From contig NC_135664.1 in the NCBI RefSeq assembly GCF_964188315.1, positions 45,694,001 to 45,758,000 of the forward strand: 64,000 bases of DNA. Direction: 5' to 3'. Position numbers and translations under genes: made by a program. This document shows, piece by piece, positions 35,976 through 47,600 of the stretch; positions within the stretch are counted from its first letter, which is position 1, and each line of letters starts with the position of its first letter. The notes under the pieces were generated by a model. It searched no databases and was not told the DNA's origin. It was given only the letters and a program-made list of their open reading frames with translations. Source of the stretch: Podarcis muralis (Eukaryota).

Positions 35976-38900
35976 CATACCTGGTGGAAAGTGCCTCAAT
36001 TCACCACGGCATTTACTTTTTAAACTCCAGTCTACCAGATTCCTATCTTATCATTCATGCCAGCGTTAACAGCAAGATGGTGCGCCAGACTTTCCAGGGA
36101 GAGCATTTACTGGATTGCATGTGATACAATGCTACCGGGGAAAAATGGTCATAAAGTCAAATAGCATATTTACTTACTAAATTTGTTTTTGTCTTGGTTA
36201 TGTTTGGGTGCTTTTGAAATATCCCTTGCTGAGAAAGTGGAGATTAGAAAACCCATTGCACAGCTTAAGTAATGCGAGTGGCACCGAGTATGCTAGTCTA
36301 AGCCATTCCTCGCAAGACTTGCTTATTTTCATTACCCTTGTTACAGTGTATTTCTGGCAGAAATAACCCAAAAGGTGTGAGTCTTGCAACACTGAAGTTC
36401 CTAATACTAACTCAGTGCTAAGCTTGAATGTTCTTTTAATTCTTTTGTAGGAGGGGATAAGCTAAAAACAGTCATTGTAAACTAATTTCTGTCTTAATTT
36501 GATAATATAGGTTAGTTCCTTTATGGCAGTAATCTCTACGGTAAACTACTGAATAGATTTCTAATTCTGGGTATGTGTGACTGCAAGACATTCAAGTCTT
36601 GCAATACCTAAACTAGACTGGAGACTGTATATGTTCTCTCCACTGTCAGGTGAGATCATCCCCGCAAATCATTTTTAACCCTATGTGAAGAAAAATGTGT
36701 TAGAACTGGGATCTCACCTCCTCAGCAGTCTGCCCATGTTAAATAGAAAAGTATATAAACAGAAAAGTCTGTTTGGTTACATACCTTCTATCACAATTAT
36801 TTCTTTAAGGTAAGACATAGGCTGTTAATTGCTAAATAATAGCTGCTCTGGAATGAAGTCCAAAACCAATATTATCACCCACTATTTAAGGAAGAGAGAG
36901 CTTGGTTCTCAAACTAGACATGTCTTAAGAACATGATTGAAAAATATTTGCTTGGACTGACCATGTTGTGTTTGTTCAGTGGTTAGGAACTTTTCCCACA
37001 CCATGGTCTCAGTCTGGATCAGGAGCCCCTGCAGCTGCTTTTGCAAACAAAGAGACACAGTAGGTCTAAGTACATTTCTGAACCATCTGCTTAAAAGTCA
37101 CATATAGTCCAAAACATCATGTCTTCCAGATTTTTTGAAGATTATATTTGGAGGGTCATCTATTCAGGAACAGAAGCAAAAGGATCATTCTTTCCCTCCT
37201 TTTCTCTTCCATTTTCAAGGAAGCATTATGGAGCAATAGCTGCTAGCATTTGAAAATGCCCTGCCTGCCTAATAAAGGCCTTCCCCAAATTCAGCATGAT
37301 CAGTTCATTATTGAATACCAATCAACTCTGAAACGTCTATGCCCTTTCTTTTTTTAACACTAGGCTGACCCCCGCCCCCCATAAACTAATGCTCCTGAAA
37401 GATGCACAGTGGAAAGCTATAATTTTCTGTTCATACGTGGCAGGAACAGGGGGACTCTGTTAATGCTCAGTTATAATATTCACATGTACCCTAAAATACA
37501 GCAGTATTCAATAATTTGTTAATCTAAAATACAACCCTAAACAAACAGCTAGATTACCATTTGGGAAGATGGTGTGTATGCCTTTAGGTTGAGGCAGCAG
37601 GAAAGGCTACTCTCTTGCCCCAATGCCACCACCATTCATCTCTTCCCTAGTATGAAATTCTTCCAATGGCAGGCAGTAAAGGAAGGGATGAAGAGAGTGG
37701 TGAAGGAATTGGGTAACCTCCTCTGCTGCTTCAGAACCTTTGGACAAGATCTCCAGATTGCCACCTGGCAACCTCATGTTTTCTGCTGGTAGCATTTAAA
37801 ACCTGTTTTGATGGCCATTTCTATGTGTGAAGTAGGGTAGCAGTAAATCTGGTCCTGAATGTTCTTTCAATAGATCATCTTCTGCTTGTAAAAACACACT
37901 TGTCTCCCCTCATTTATTGCAGTGGACGGGGGTTTGTGGTAGGAGAGAAGAACAGCAAGTCTAGTAACCATTAAAAAACCATCCTGCTGAAGGTTGCCAG
38001 AGCACTGAACAACTCTATGCTTAAGTTTTTTTCTTCCATTTCTACAACCACAACCAAAGCTTATTTATTTCCTACTTGAGTCCATAGAGTTCAGTGGAAC
38101 ATACTTCGTAGTAAGCATGTTTTAGGTTTTCACCTTGAGAAATGCCAGCAGTTCATTTTTACCTTTGTGTATCATAAGCATTCCTTCTATTCTATTCCTT
38201 CCTACATGCCTTTCTCCAGCTGACTGGTGCATCTGGCCAGATGGAGAAGTGGAATAAGTCCTGGAACTTACTTGACCACCCTTCCAAGCACTTTCCTTCC
38301 CACAACTTCAGGAATGTGCAGTGTGATCTGGTGTATGTTTACTCAGAAGTAAGTCCCACTGATTTCAATGGGCCTTACTCCCAAGCAAGTACATATAGGA
38401 TTGCAGCTTTGGACATCTTCACTGGGACTGAAAGTAGTTGATGCCTCTTGCATTATGGAACCTAATTTGTCCCCCGCTGCTGTTTCCAGTAAAGAGATGA
38501 GCCTCTTTATGTTCTGTAATGTGTGTGGGCTCTTTCTTCACTTGTGTGCAATAATGATTAGAGCCTCTGCGTCAAGGGAAGTTCTAGAAGAAGCTGCATT
38601 TTAGGACATAAATTATCCAGTTGTATCTTCTACCCCCTACCAGTTAACATGGCTGAGTATGGATATTCCATAGTCAAGGGCTTGTTTTAAAACGATTAGA
38701 CAGCACAGCCATGTTCACACGCAGCATTCCACTCAGTCCCATGTATTTATAAAAAAATGAAACATGTATATGTGTGTAAATGGATAGATACACTTGCAGC
38801 CTAAACTGGCTGACAGTGGGCAGGGGAACCTGAATCCGCTCTTGTATGAGAGCAGAGTCTTGGTCCAAGTGATGGATCTGTCATTTCTGGGGATTCCGTT

Positions 38901-39820
38901 TTGCCATTTTATAATTAAAATAAAGCCTTTGCCAGAAATGAGTGTGGTCTCTTTCGTTTTTTTGTTTTATCATCACTGTTCCTGTTTCCCTTGATAGATA
39001 ATAGTCTGGAATAGTCATGGTACTGTATTATACAAGTCATAGCATTTATTATATTATTAATTATTAACCCCCGTCACCCTAAGGTCCCAGGGTGGGTTGC
39101 AATATTAAAAACATTATTAAAAACAAATCAAACGAAGTTTAGGGAAAAGAGCAGGGGTAGAGTCTACTACTCCTGTCATTCCTGGCCATTGGACATACCA
39201 TCTGGGACTGATGAGATTATCTAGGCCTTCTTAATAGGAAGATGCTTGTCTGGAAAGGGGGCCTCAGAAGCCTGAGGTAGAAAAAAAATCCACAACTCAG
39301 AAGGTAGCTGTAGCTCCTAATCATTTCCCATCATTCGCAGAAGAGGAACAATTAGAATGAATTATGAAGAGCAAATACATGCAAATGTAACATGACAGTG
39401 CAGAACTTGGGGTATTTTAGCTCTGAATTTGTTGCATGCGTACATACATGTACAATAACCCAAAGCCTTAGAATCTAAGGCTTGGACTAAGGGAGCTGAA
39501 GCTCCAGTCTCATCATATCCTTCATAAAATATTCCTGATGCACATAAGATGCCACAGTGGAGGAATACAGTGTTCTTCTAGCCAATATAAATATGGTACA
39601 AAAGCTGGGTAAAGAGCTACATAGTGGCCCAAGTAGACTGAGTGAAGCAGAAAGATTATGACTGACCAGGAGATGAAGGTAATATTAGCAATAAATTTGT
39701 CACAACTATGACGGCTTTTAAAACCCCAGCTAGGTAGAATGTCAACTCATTTCTTACAATACATTACCATTAGGTGGCACTAGCAGGTGACTGTTCTTAG
39801 TTCTTCAGACCTTTAACATA

Positions 39821-40062
39821 CAGTGGTACCTCGGGTTAAGTACTTAATTCGTTCCGGAGGTCCGTACTTAACCTGAAACTGTTCTTAACCTGAAACACCA
39901 CTTAAGCTAATGGGGCCTCCTGCTGCTGCCGCACCGCCGGAACACGATTTCTGTTCTCATCCTGAAGCAAAGTTCTTAACCCGAGGTATTATTTCTGGGT
40001 TAGCGGAGTCTGTAACCTGAAGCGTATGTAACCTGAAGTGTATGTAACCCGAGGTACCACTG
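39821..40062. mobile_element. Tc1/mariner (Tigger-like) MITE
   Basis: Perfect TIRs; TA flanks. Confidence 0.88.
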
Positions 40063-43000
40063 TATTGGGCCTTAAACTAGAAGTTACACATGTTTGCATG
40101 GGAACATACTTTATTCCTACTTTTAATTAGGAAAAGTAGCTTCAGAAGGGAATGATTTTCAGTGAACAAGGAGTGTGGCTGGCTGGCACGCCATCTATGG
40201 GGAGCGAGGCCCCCCAAAAAATTCAATGAGGGGGCCGGGCCCCCTCAATATTCCGCAGTCAGGCCCCACTGGGCCCTCCCACAACTGCAACGGGCTTTGT
40301 CGGGCCCTCCCATGGCTGCAACTAGGCCCCATCAGCCCTTTCGGAGGGTGCGCCAGGCCCCATTTAGCCTCCTCCCACCATGTGACATCACGTGCACCAC
40401 ACACATGATGTCACACACACGCACTGGGCTCCCCCAATGTTGGGCAGAACCCGGCACACCTGGTGGGTGGTTAAACCTTTCCACAGGTGCCCTTTTCCTA
40501 CTGCCACAACACCCTCCAGCCTACTATCTGCTTACACCAGAAGTAGCTAATGTGTGAACCCCCGACTCACGTTGGGCTACAACTCACATCATCCCTGACA
40601 TGCTAGCTGGAGCTAATGGGAGTTTAACAAGCTTTGGAGGGCCAAAAGTTTCCCATCCCACTGTGCCGCTGATTCCATTTCTGTCCTGCTTGTAGGCAAG
40701 AGGCTAGGACTGGTCCCTCAAATGATTTAATCTAATCAAACTAAATTTACCCACTGTACATACTTTAGGCAGACAGAACTGAACATCACCTGCATATTGA
40801 TGTTCTTTCTCAGTGGCTTCATATAGATTTTTAAATAGCACAGAATCTTTGTGAGGCCCACAGCAAAATGCTATGCAGTTCCCCAGAACTGCCTTTTGGT
40901 ACCAGACACAAATGGAAACAGAAACACTGCACCATTGTGCCTCCTACTGCTAATTCATATGGCTACTTCAGGAGGATACAATGATAAATGAAATCTAAAC
41001 CCACTGAGAAGTTCAGCAGAATCAACAATTGCATTCCCTCTGTCTCTCTCCCTGAATAGTGATATCAGGAAAACCAGACCTCAAACCTGCTTGAAATAGG
41101 TCTAAAATCAGTTTCCTCCAAGAGTCCTAGAATCATATATGGTCAACACCCAAAAAGGGGGGTATTAGTGACCATAATTTGTGATAATTATTAACTTCCT
41201 CAAGGTTAGAGAGGTTTTTTAAAGGAATGGTGGGGCTACTGCTTCCTTCAAGCGGTATTAGCTTATCTTGTTGCTTTTCCTCTGAAGCCCAACAGATCAT
41301 TTCCACTGCCACCGGCATTTGTATTGCCTAAAGTTAGCTTCTTCCAGATAATATCAGCCCATATTATGATCTCTGGTCTCAGCAGGAGGTGCAAATCAAA
41401 TATCAAACTCACCTCTCAGCTTCTGTTCTCTCTTGAACATCAGAGAATGATGGTTATGATCAAAGGCAGGATGAAAACCGTATCGCCTTCATACATCCTA
41501 GCACAAGTTCAGCCTTGGTAAAGGTGGTAAAATGGGTGTGCATTTCTCTCTCCTAGGTTACAGAGGAGCAAAGGGATCCTGACTTTCTCACTAAGCGGCT
41601 GTATAGTGTTGACGCATTCATAATCCCCCGGGACTGTGGTTGGCTTTTTGCCAAGCTCAGCTTCATTAAGGAGCAATAGCAAATATCCACAGAGAGAGTT
41701 ATAATGGCCATGCTGCACCCTTTCCATATTTAGTAACTCTGAACTTGGTTCCTTAGTGCTCAGCCTTCGTTTCTCAGATATCTGTCGGAGTGAGATTCCT
41801 TAGGCAAAAAAAAAAGTTCTGTGGGGAAAATAGGGTATCCCAAAAACTTTCAGCACCCATAACAAAGTACAGTTCCTAGGATTCTTTGAGGGAAGCCAAA
41901 ATTGTTAAAGTGGTATCACAGTACTTTAACTTTATGCTGCGTATATGGCCTGGCAATAAAAATAGAATAAAAGTAAAGAGCTAACAATTTGCTGGCCTCT
42001 CATGAAACTCAAGGTCTGTTGCTTAAAATAGATGGTTCACAATGCCTAGTGGTCCAGTTTTGCCTATGGCCCATACTTGTTTTAAAAAATTCTCTTATTT
42101 ATTCAAATTTGGTATTTTCTTAACACACATACTTCAGATAAATTTTAAATAGTTCCTTAATGGACACAGTTTCCTGATGAAGTGCTATCACTAGATCTTT
42201 GAACTGAAATGTCTGCTTAATTTTGAATTTTTAGTAATTCTGTTCCTGCACCCACACATGGGATGCCTTTGCGCTATAATCATTCTAAGAACTTCCCACT
42301 TGCAGCACCGCAGACTGAGTGGCTGCCTTTGGTCAGGCTACCAGTTGGAAGCAAGTCAAGCCTCAATTCCCTTCTGTAAAATAAATGGGAAAGATAAAAC
42401 TGAGCTTAGCCAATCTAGTATTTTAAAAAAAAACCCAACAACCATACAGAGCAGCACTAAAATGTATGTAGCAGAAAGAGATAAAAAGGGACTTATTTTT
42501 ATTTATTTCATAAAATTGATATACCACTTGATTGTAGAAAACCTCAAAGCAGTTAACAAAAAGTTTTTGTGGACTAACATCTGTTTAGAAACCCTGCTGC
42601 AATTCACAGCTCGGCCTATCCCAACTACACACTTGCTTGGGCACGGCAACATTTTATTTTAAATGCAGCAGTGAAGGAGCTTGCAATCATAAAGGCATGC
42701 TCCAGAATACATTGCAACATTGCAGAAAATGATGTGCATCACTCAGCCAAGATGTGGACTCCAACCCTCTGAAGTGACCCTGGAATGATCCTAGAGCTAT
42801 GCATGCAGCTAAACGTTCTGTGCCTTCTCTGGCCACTTCCAAGACCATAACACAGAAGAGTGATGACAGGTGAAAGATATCACACTAGCCTGAGCACTTG
42901 GAAATCATGGCTGGTACTAAGCTTTGTGCCTCCTCTCTTGAGGCATTGTGCTCTGTGCCCCATTCCCCATCCGAACCAAGATTAAAGCCCTGTTGGCATC

Positions 43001-43071
43001 CAAAAGGGAATATGGTGACCATTCATGCTTTTTAAAAATTTTCAAAATAATGTCCCAATAACTTAATCTTA

Positions 43072-43422
43072 GGGACACGGGTGGCACCGTGGGTTAAACC
43101 ACAGAGCTTAGGACTTGCTGATCAGAAGGTCGCAGTTCGAATCCCCGCAACGGGGTGAGCTCCCATTGCTCGGTCCCTGCTCCTGCCAACCTACCAGTTC
43201 GAAAGCACGTCACAGTGCAAGTAGATAAATAGGTACCGCTCTGGCGGGAAGGTAAACGGCATTTCCATGCGCTGCTCTGGTTCACCAGAAGTGGTTTAGT
43301 CATGCTGGCCACATGACCCAGAAGCTGTACACCGGCTCTCTTGGCCAATAAAGCGAGATGAACGACGCAACCCCAGTGTCAGTCACGACTGGACCTAATG
43401 GTCAGGGGCCCATTTACCTTTT
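43072..43422 (+). mobile_element. Sauria SINE (Squam1)
   Basis: GGGACACGGGTGGCACCGTGG head, core and tail; degenerate TSD TAAC(T/G)TAATCT(T/C)AGGG. Confidence 0.9.
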
Positions 43423-44298
43423 TAACGTAATCTCAGGGCATCCAAAAGATAGTGCTTTCTGTTGCATGGCTAACATTACTTCTCCAGCAATTATTATTCA
43501 GGAGGAAAATGTATATATGTTCTATAATACATCAGTGCTATTGAATCTTTAACAAGTTCTTTAAATTATAGCTCACCATAATTTCAAGGAGTTACCACAG
43601 CTGCCTTCTAAAGCCAAATATTTTGCCAGGTCTGGGAGAAGGATGAATACATTATAATAATGCCTTCATCGAGGAAGGCTAGCACTCGTGACAACTGTTC
43701 TGTTTGAGCAATTTGTTACCACATCTCCAGCACAGTAATCTTTGATTTATCATTTGCATCCAAATGCGATGATTGATGGCTTCAGGCTCATCCCAGCATT
43801 CAGGACAAATGAACAAATGTAATCATGCCACACAGCTTTCAAGCATAGACAGATGACTTCATTGTTATCTGAGAGAGTGAACTGTCATATCTTTCCTATG
43901 ATTTCACCAGTTCTATCAGCATGAATTAACTATTCTTGCAAACAATATGCCCAGCCCTGAAGGCAAGAAGCATTTCAACATCATTTTGGTTAGATTTCTA
44001 TACCTCTATTTGAAATTGTCTGGACCTACTTCAGTTTGATAGCTTTCAGATTGCTCTATATCAGTCTACCTGTTTTCCCCTCAGTATTTAGATGTTAGTG
44101 CAGATTGGAATGCTGTTCTAAAATACTAGAATTTTTGAAGTTTTGCTCTCCATCCCTGTGGTATATTGTTATGGGTTTGCAGTGGGTGGGGGAAGATCCC
44201 CTAAAATTCCTGGGTGCCATGTTCTCCCCATAGTTTCTGAAATTAGTAAATGTGGGGTTTGATCAATGGATTTAGCAACACCTAAAAAATAAGTCAGG

Positions 44299-44370
44299 AC
44301 AGGAGTGCCTGGCGTCCATGGGGTCACGAAGAGTCGGACATGACTTAACGACTAAACAAAACAACAACAA
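44299..44370 (+). mobile_element. BovB/RTE LINE extreme 3' end
   Basis: GTCCATGGGGTCACGAAGAGTCGGACATGACTTAACGACTAAACAAAACAACAAC is the characteristic BovB 3' terminus with a (CAA)n tail. Confidence 0.8.
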
Positions 44371-44610
44371 AAAATAAATCAAGCCAACTTCCTCAGGAGA
44401 TTGGCTGTGAGAAGTGCCATCAAAGAACAAAACAGGTGGTGGGAAAGTCATTACCCTGACAAAAGGCACCCAGCGGTGTGTTAATTAGCAAAAGACAACA
44501 GCAGAGTTGGGAGGGGGCAGTTGCCAGAGTTACAGGAGGCATGTTGTCACCACAGGAAAAAGTGCCCCTTTTGCATGAGACTTGGGTTGCCTTTTAGCAA
44601 GGGTTTTGGT

Positions 44611-44746
44611 CAGGCTTCCTCAACCTCGGCCCTCCAGATGCTTTGAGACTACAATTCCCATCATCCCTGACCACTGGTCCTGCTAGCTATGGATCATGGG
44701 AGTTGTAGGCCCAAAACATCTGGAGGGCCGAGGTTGAGGAAGCCTG
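44611..44746. mobile_element. Intact palindromic hAT MITE (136 bp)
   Basis: Perfect 30-bp TIRs (44611-44640 / 44717-44746); exact 8-bp TSD GTTTTGGT at 44603-44610 and 44747-44754. Confidence 0.92.
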
Positions 44747-46111
44747 GTTTTGGTGAACTAGAAGGGTGGGGCTAGATGCCATGCAAGCTGACGGACAATC
44801 TGTGTGGCGGAGACATAGATACGGCATTCTGGCTACTTTTGAATCCAAAGCTGTGCTGCTGTGCGGAGCAAGCCCCTCTTGAGATGTGATGCACAGAACC
44901 CTTTCTCCATCCAGACTCAGGTGTAAATATGTGTAAACAAACCATATTTCAAAAAGAGACTAGAATCTACACTGTGCCTCATTTTTCCCAAAGGAAACAC
45001 AAACCCTGGTTAAGTGTCAAAACCCCTGGAATCTCATACTGCTTGGCAGAGACTGGGGTGGCTGGTAAAAAAATATCGTCTGAGCAAAGAACCAGTTGAA
45101 TGAAGATTCAACCGGCCAACATGTGTACATGGACTAAAGGAAGCCCGTTTGTCCTTTGCTTCAGGCAGCAAAATGTTCAGGGCCAGCTCTGATCATGTCC
45201 CTAATTGCATCAAGGTGAAATATTAGTGTGAAACCTTCCAGCAGCCACCTAAGATGACTAATGCAATAAATAAACAAAGAAAGGGAAGGTGCTGTTTGTT
45301 ATGGCATGACAATGCCAAAGTAAGTAGCATTAAAGTGGAAGTTGATAGTTCTTATCAAATATGGTTGGTTGGATGGGTGGATAGGATAAAGGTCATGGAA
45401 AACTGATATAAATACATGGTTTATAATGTAAACAAGATTGGGGAAAGACTACAAGAAACTTTCAGTTTACTTGCGTTATAGATCCTATTCCTGCCCTTGA
45501 CAATATTGTACCTCTTTACTGAGACTTTCTGAACATAGCAAAAGTAGCCTCTGTCCAGTGCAACTGAATCAAAAGGTATATAAAACACTTTATTGCAACC
45601 TGAGGCATTACTGCTTCATTAACTCCAACTTCTTTTTGATGCCTGGTGAAGACATTGCTATTCTAACAGGCATTTAAGAGATAATGCCATTATGGTCTTT
45701 GCAGCCATTTTAATTAAGATGTTGGTGCTGTGAGGGGAGATATTATTTACTGTATGTTATAAAAGTGATAGTTTTAGTTTTGCTATTATTGATTTTAATG
45801 TCACATTTGTTTGAACTGTATTACATGGGTTGTTGTTTTTTCTACTGTGTGAGTCAGTTTGGGACTTTTTTGGGGAGAAAGGGCTAGACAACCAAGAAAT
45901 AAAATATATACTTTTTAAAAATTCACAAGTTTCAGTATTTCCAGAATAACAATGAAGAGGCTAGTAGAGTAAGTGGAACAGGCTAGCAGAGCAACTCTGC
46001 ATTACCAATGCACAGTACGGTAATTTAGTTATTTTATCTTAAAGAACACAAAACTAAACATTCACAAAGGGCACTCCACACTTCAGTGATAAATATCAGT
46101 GGGAGGCAGAT

Positions 46112-46173
46112 AATACCCAGACAATCTAGTGCCATCCAGAATCTGCTAATACCCAGGCAATCTAGTGCCATCC
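46112..46173. repeat. 26-bp direct repeat (period 36)
   Basis: AATACCCAG(A/G)CAATCTAGTGCCATCC at 46112 and 46148. Confidence 0.85.
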
Positions 46174-46383
46174 CACCAGTCCCAGGGTTAATGGAAGTTG
46201 TAGCCCAAAAATCTGGAGAGCACAGAGTTGGAGGAGAAGGCTGCCATAGCCTTGATTCTTATACTGTATTCCTGTTTCTAATTTCCCATTTACAGCTCAC
46301 TTGCTTAGCCGGTGCCTCTGACCTACTGCAGTTTTTCTGACATCCTTTTGTCTACCTGGTATGTATGGAGTTTCACATACGAC

Positions 46384-46398
46384 GTATTATTATTACCG

Positions 46399-46432
<34 letters not shown>

Positions 46433-46514
46433 TACTAGTAGTAGTAGTAGTACTACTACATGTATTTTTATATCCCGCCTTTTCACCTGACGGGGACTCG
46501 AGGCGGCTTACTGC
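46384..46514 (-). repeat. Compound (TAT)n/(TAG)n/(TAC)n microsatellite forming the tail of an L2-type 3' end
   Basis: The minus strand reads GTAAGCCGCCTCGAGTCCCC..AAAAGGCGGGATATAAAAATA followed by the trinucleotide tail. Confidence 0.7.
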
Positions 46515-47600
46515 TGAAAACACAGAATTCCTCGTGGAAGTGTTTTTGTTCTGTGTTCCGCGTCGGTTTCTTCTCCTTGCTAAAACGTGATGGCGGGAAA
46601 ACCAAGACGACTATGGCAACACGTTAAGAGAAGTACCGCGGGCGTCCCTTACGCCGCCGCCGCCGGCGGAGGGAAACGGCGGGAATCTTTGCCCGGCTCT
46701 GCGTCCTTTTCCTCGGGAAGGAGCCGCGCCGAGGTCCCGCCGAGCGAGCCGGCCAGCCTGCGCTTGGCGCCGAGGCCCCTCCGCCCCCCGGCGGGTGTAC
46801 GTGTTGCCAGGCCGGTTTACACGAGTCACATGGGCGGCCCTTCGCGCCGCAGTTGGGTCGCCTTCGGGCCGCCGCCTCCCTCCCGCCTCCTTCCCGCCTC
46901 CCTGCCAACTGCAGCCTCGTCCCTGCGAAGGAGCCGCCGAGGAGGGAGGGAGGGAAGGAGTCCCGCGGCTGCAATGGCTGCCACCGGGAACCGGGAGCGG
47001 ATCCTGTGCCTCTTCGACGTGGATGGGACCCTCACCCCGCCTCGCCAGGTAGCGGACCCCCCCACCCCGATCCCCCACCCCTGCTTCGACGGCGCGCCCG
47101 GGTCGCCCTTGGGCGATCTTTGGAATGAATGGAGACCCCACGCCGGAGTCGCGCCTTTCCTGCGCCCAGATGACTGGGCGGCTGCGCTCGGGTTCTGGCG
47201 CTAGAGCTGCTGTCTGGATCGGAGTCCAGACCCAGCTCGCCCAAGCCCGGCAGAGGGGAAGGCAAGAGCGACGCTCCTCCTCGCCCACCCCACCTCTTCT
47301 TCTCCTTCCTGCAACCGGTTACGAAAGAGTTCAACCGCGGGCCAAGAGGTCCGTCAGGATGCAGGCAGGCTGCCGGGTCAGGTCTGGGCTTCGCTGCAGG
47401 GCATCTCCGCTACACGGTTACGTAAGAATGGTGCGCATTGGACCGGACCGCCGACGTGCATCTGCAATATTGCAGCACTTAACGGCGCAATCCTCTGCAG
47501 GGCTCTTCGGAAGGAAGTCTCGCTGTGTTCAGTGGGGTTTGCTTCCTAGCAAGGGTGCCGGAGCGAGGACGGCAGTCTTAGCGCCGCTGGACACGCTGGG
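46480..47600 (+). promoter_or_regulatory. CpG island / promoter of PMM1
   Basis: CpG-dense. E2F-like TGGCGGGAAA 46591-46600, RFX half-site CTATGGCAAC 46611-46620, E-box GTCACATG near 46825. Confidence 0.75.

Noticed and set aside
41349-41680. Protein-looking same-frame segments on + (DNISPYYDLW.., ENDGYDQRQDENR.., VTEEQRDPDFLTKRLY..) with acceptor-like sites
   Set aside because: Interrupted by in-frame stops, the implied introns (about 39-56 nt) are too short, and I recognise no homologue.
42862-42896. Box C (GTGATGA) followed by CTGA
   Set aside because: Only about 30 nt apart, intergenic and without a terminal stem; too short for a box C/D snoRNA. No convincing intronic snoRNA was seen elsewhere.
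46312-46590. Poly-Leu/Val and poly-Asn/Thr ORFs
   Set aside because: Translations of the trinucleotide microsatellite.
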